Below, in pieces: positions 59,331-62,000 of a stretch of DNA of 62,000 nt. Each line of letters starts with the position of its first letter. Positions within the stretch are counted from its first letter, which is position 1. Location: positions 620,001-682,000 of the forward strand of contig MU053431.1 in NCBI GenBank assembly GCA_013239625.1, in the 5' to 3' direction. A program made the position numbers and the translations under genes. Source of the DNA: Lama guanicoe. Its lineage: Eukaryota. The notes under the pieces are model-generated. The model was not told the origin of the DNA. It made no database searches and was given only the letters and a program-made list of their open reading frames with translations.

Positions 59331-62000
59331 GGAAGGGGGACTGTGCAGGGCAGGGAGGGCGCCGGACAGAGGTGCACGTGCCAGCAGAGGCAGGTCAGGA
59401 TACAGGCGAGGAGACGGTGTGGACGATCTCCAACAAGGTCTCCATGGAGAGGCTGGGGTACCACTGGGACAGAGCAGGGCTCCTTCCCCGGCCGCTGGAC
59501 CAGCGAAGGCTTCCCAGTGAGGGGAAGGGACATCTGAAATGAGCCTGGAAGACGGGCAGGAGCCCCCCAGAGGAGGAGGTGGGGGACACTGCATTACACT
59601 GGCCCGGAAGGAATAGAATGGTGATGTCAGGGTCCCACAAGGAGTTGATCTCATGAGGCCAAGGTTGAGGGAGGGCGGGATGGAGGGAAAGAAGATGATG
59701 TGGTGCGGGGTGCTGGCACGAAGTCCAGATAATGGGAGAGTCCCATGACCACTCGGGGGCACCAGGAGGAGTTTCAAGAAAGGGAGTGATGTGACCCAAG
59801 TCCATGCCTTGATGGAACCGTTTGTCTGTCGCATGAAGGGCAGTTCGGAGTCAGGGGGAGGGGGAGAGCGGGGCGGGGGCCTGGGGCGCAGGGAGGTGGT
59901 CGGGGAGGAGGGACATCAAGCAGGCCAGCAGCAGAGCCGTTGCCTGCGTCGGGGACACACGAGCTGAGCCTTTCAAGGACAGAACCCCAGCACCGCTCTG
60001 GAGATGAGGTTTAAGACCCACCAGCCGAGGTCGTCAGTCTGGCCATAATGCTGGGAACCTCTGGGAAAACGAAGTGCACCTGCCTTCCCGGCCCCCACCC
60101 TGTCCTGTGAGAGGAGAACACAGCCGACACTGCGAGGAGACACAGAAAGGTGTCACTGTCACTCCTCCCCTGGGAAACAGCCGTCGGGTGCCAAGGCCAC
60201 GCTGCTAACCCATCTTCTCCGCACGTTCTCCGACCCACAGCTGCCGGCTCAGTCTCGGCCAAACTCACCTCCCAGGCCCGCCTTTGGCCGGCTCTTCTTC
60301 ACGCCCAGGTCAGAAGTCGCTCCAGTGGACTTGGGGAGGCTCCTCCCCACCTTCCATCAGAGCCACCTGTTGCCTCGGGGGACCACCTGAACCAAGGAAC
60401 CAACTCCTTCGTGGGCCAGGTGGCCTCGACTGTAAAACCCCAGTAGAGAGAAAGCCGCTCCCCAGTGCTCTCCACATGTTGGCCTGGCTTGCCCAGCCAG
60501 CGTGCGAGGGCAGAGGCCCAGGGGGGTCAGTGCCACACGACCGAGTCAGAGGCAGGGTCCGGGGACCTCGTCATCGGCGGCTCCGGGCCTGAGCCCTTAC
60601 TCCCTGCACACTCGGAAGGAGACGGCACTGAGGAGTAATTCGTCCCATGACCACTTCCCACGCGCCCGGCTCCGCACCCCTGCGGCTCCTCCGTCTTGGG
60701 CATCATGGGTCCCACCTCACTCTCCGCCCCGCGAGGAGCCCGCGTCATCCCGGCTTCTCCCAGGGTACCGGGCACCCGCTCCGCGGTGTCGTGACTCCTG
60801 GTGCGTCCGCGGGAGCCGAGTGCGACCATCTCCCTGTGGCTCATTGCAGATGAGAATGTGCTGCCTCCATAAATCAGGGGCAGGTAGTGGCCCCGCTGAT
60901 TCTGATTTTTTTACAGCAGGAATAATACCGGGCAGGCTGTGACTCACACTGTTCTCTTTCCCCCTCTGCAATCTGCATTTGCAGCATTGTCCACCAGTTC
61001 GAAGCATTCAAATAAAGATCATGGAGCATGCCTGGGATAATCACGTCTATCAAAGAACACGCACGGGGCAGAAGCCCAGGAAAGCTGCGCGGCCGTTTGG
61101 AGAGCGCCCGAGGAGAGGAGTAGCTGTAGTAACCACAGGCGGGCGGTTCCTGGTAACGGGCCCATTAATGAAATGGCGGTTTGATTTCCCATCGCACTTA
61201 ATGATACCCTTTGTGGAACCAACATCACTGTGAGCCGAGGTGCTCAAAGAGGCCCTTGCAGGTGGAGGGACAGAGGTGGGGAGGGGCCAGAGGGGCTGGG
61301 GGGCGATGTTTTAGGCTCAGTCAGAAGAGGAGCAGCACTGCCTCTCAGCTGGAGCCCAAGGACCTGGCCGCCATCCCGTCGGACCCGTCCCGTGGGTTCG
61401 GATACCCCAGGGCTGCCGGGGCCCGCCCTGCCTCCCGTGCAGCGGGCGTGTGAGGAGAGGGAGCCAACGGTCCGCCGAGGCCAGCACGTCACAGGTTTCT
61501 TGGCAACTCCCCTGTGTCATGCTGTCCAGACCTTTGGAGCATAAATATCTAAAGAGATGAGGCGGAGTCAGTGCTGTGGCCCTGGACGTAGCGGACAGAA
61601 GCACAGGCGGTCGACCCATCCAAGCTGAGCCCGTCAGTGGGTCCCTCTGTCGGACGCACAGCTGAGGCAGAGAGAGAGTCATCCACCCCCGCCAGTGACT
61701 TAGTCCGTGGCTTTAAAGAAGGTAAAGAAGAAAACATTCAGGAAGCCACTTTTGACCCAGATACTCAGAGAAGCATAGGAAAACAGTGAGAGGCAGGAAG
61801 GGGGTGCAGAGGCCCTGGTTCCCACGAGACTCCTTTCCCAGCTACTCTGCCTCTTGAGATGCTGGCATCTTCCTCTTCTTGGGTTCCCTAATATCTCCTT
61901 CCATCCTTATCCTAAATTTGCCTTTTTTTCCCCTGAGCCACCTGCAAACACCAGACCTCAAACTGAGGGACCCATCCTTGTGACATCAGCCCGCTAGTCC

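Noticed and set aside
201..61737. Hundreds of 60-230 aa ORFs in the track
   Set aside because: They overlap in all frames, are P/G/R/A/S-rich as expected of GC-rich non-coding DNA, often use non-ATG starts, and resemble no protein I recognise except L1 ORF2 debris.

Overview
This is mammalian non-coding genomic DNA, most likely camelid (alpaca, llama or camel). That assignment is inferred from a Vic-1-type tRNA-derived SINE and artiodactyl-type L1 3' ends. It is GC- and CpG-rich and reads as intronic or intergenic. I can support no protein-coding exon, RNA gene or CRISPR array: the ORF track is GC-driven noise apart from degenerate L1 ORF2 remnants. The window is a mosaic of old repeats (L1M, L2, MIR, MLT1, LTR33, a MER41-like LTR, hAT and Tigger MERs), several younger 5'-truncated L1 insertions and unique enhancer-like stretches. 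The most notable structure is an inverted repeat with ~285-bp arms (17193-17477 and 18501-18787) around a 1023-bp spacer. Its inner 166 bp is CpG-dense with a single mismatch, its outer ~120 bp is only ~85% identical, and it carries an outward-facing pair of CTCF-like motifs. Other points of interest: old L1 fragments shifted AT->GC into CpG-island-like sequence, a SINE head fused to an L1 3' end, a twin-primed L1 inside a MIR, and a 1.9-kb duplication flanking a 498-N gap that is probably an unmerged-haplotype artefact. Repeat family names come from recalled consensus sequences, not from a search, and old-repeat boundaries are approximate.
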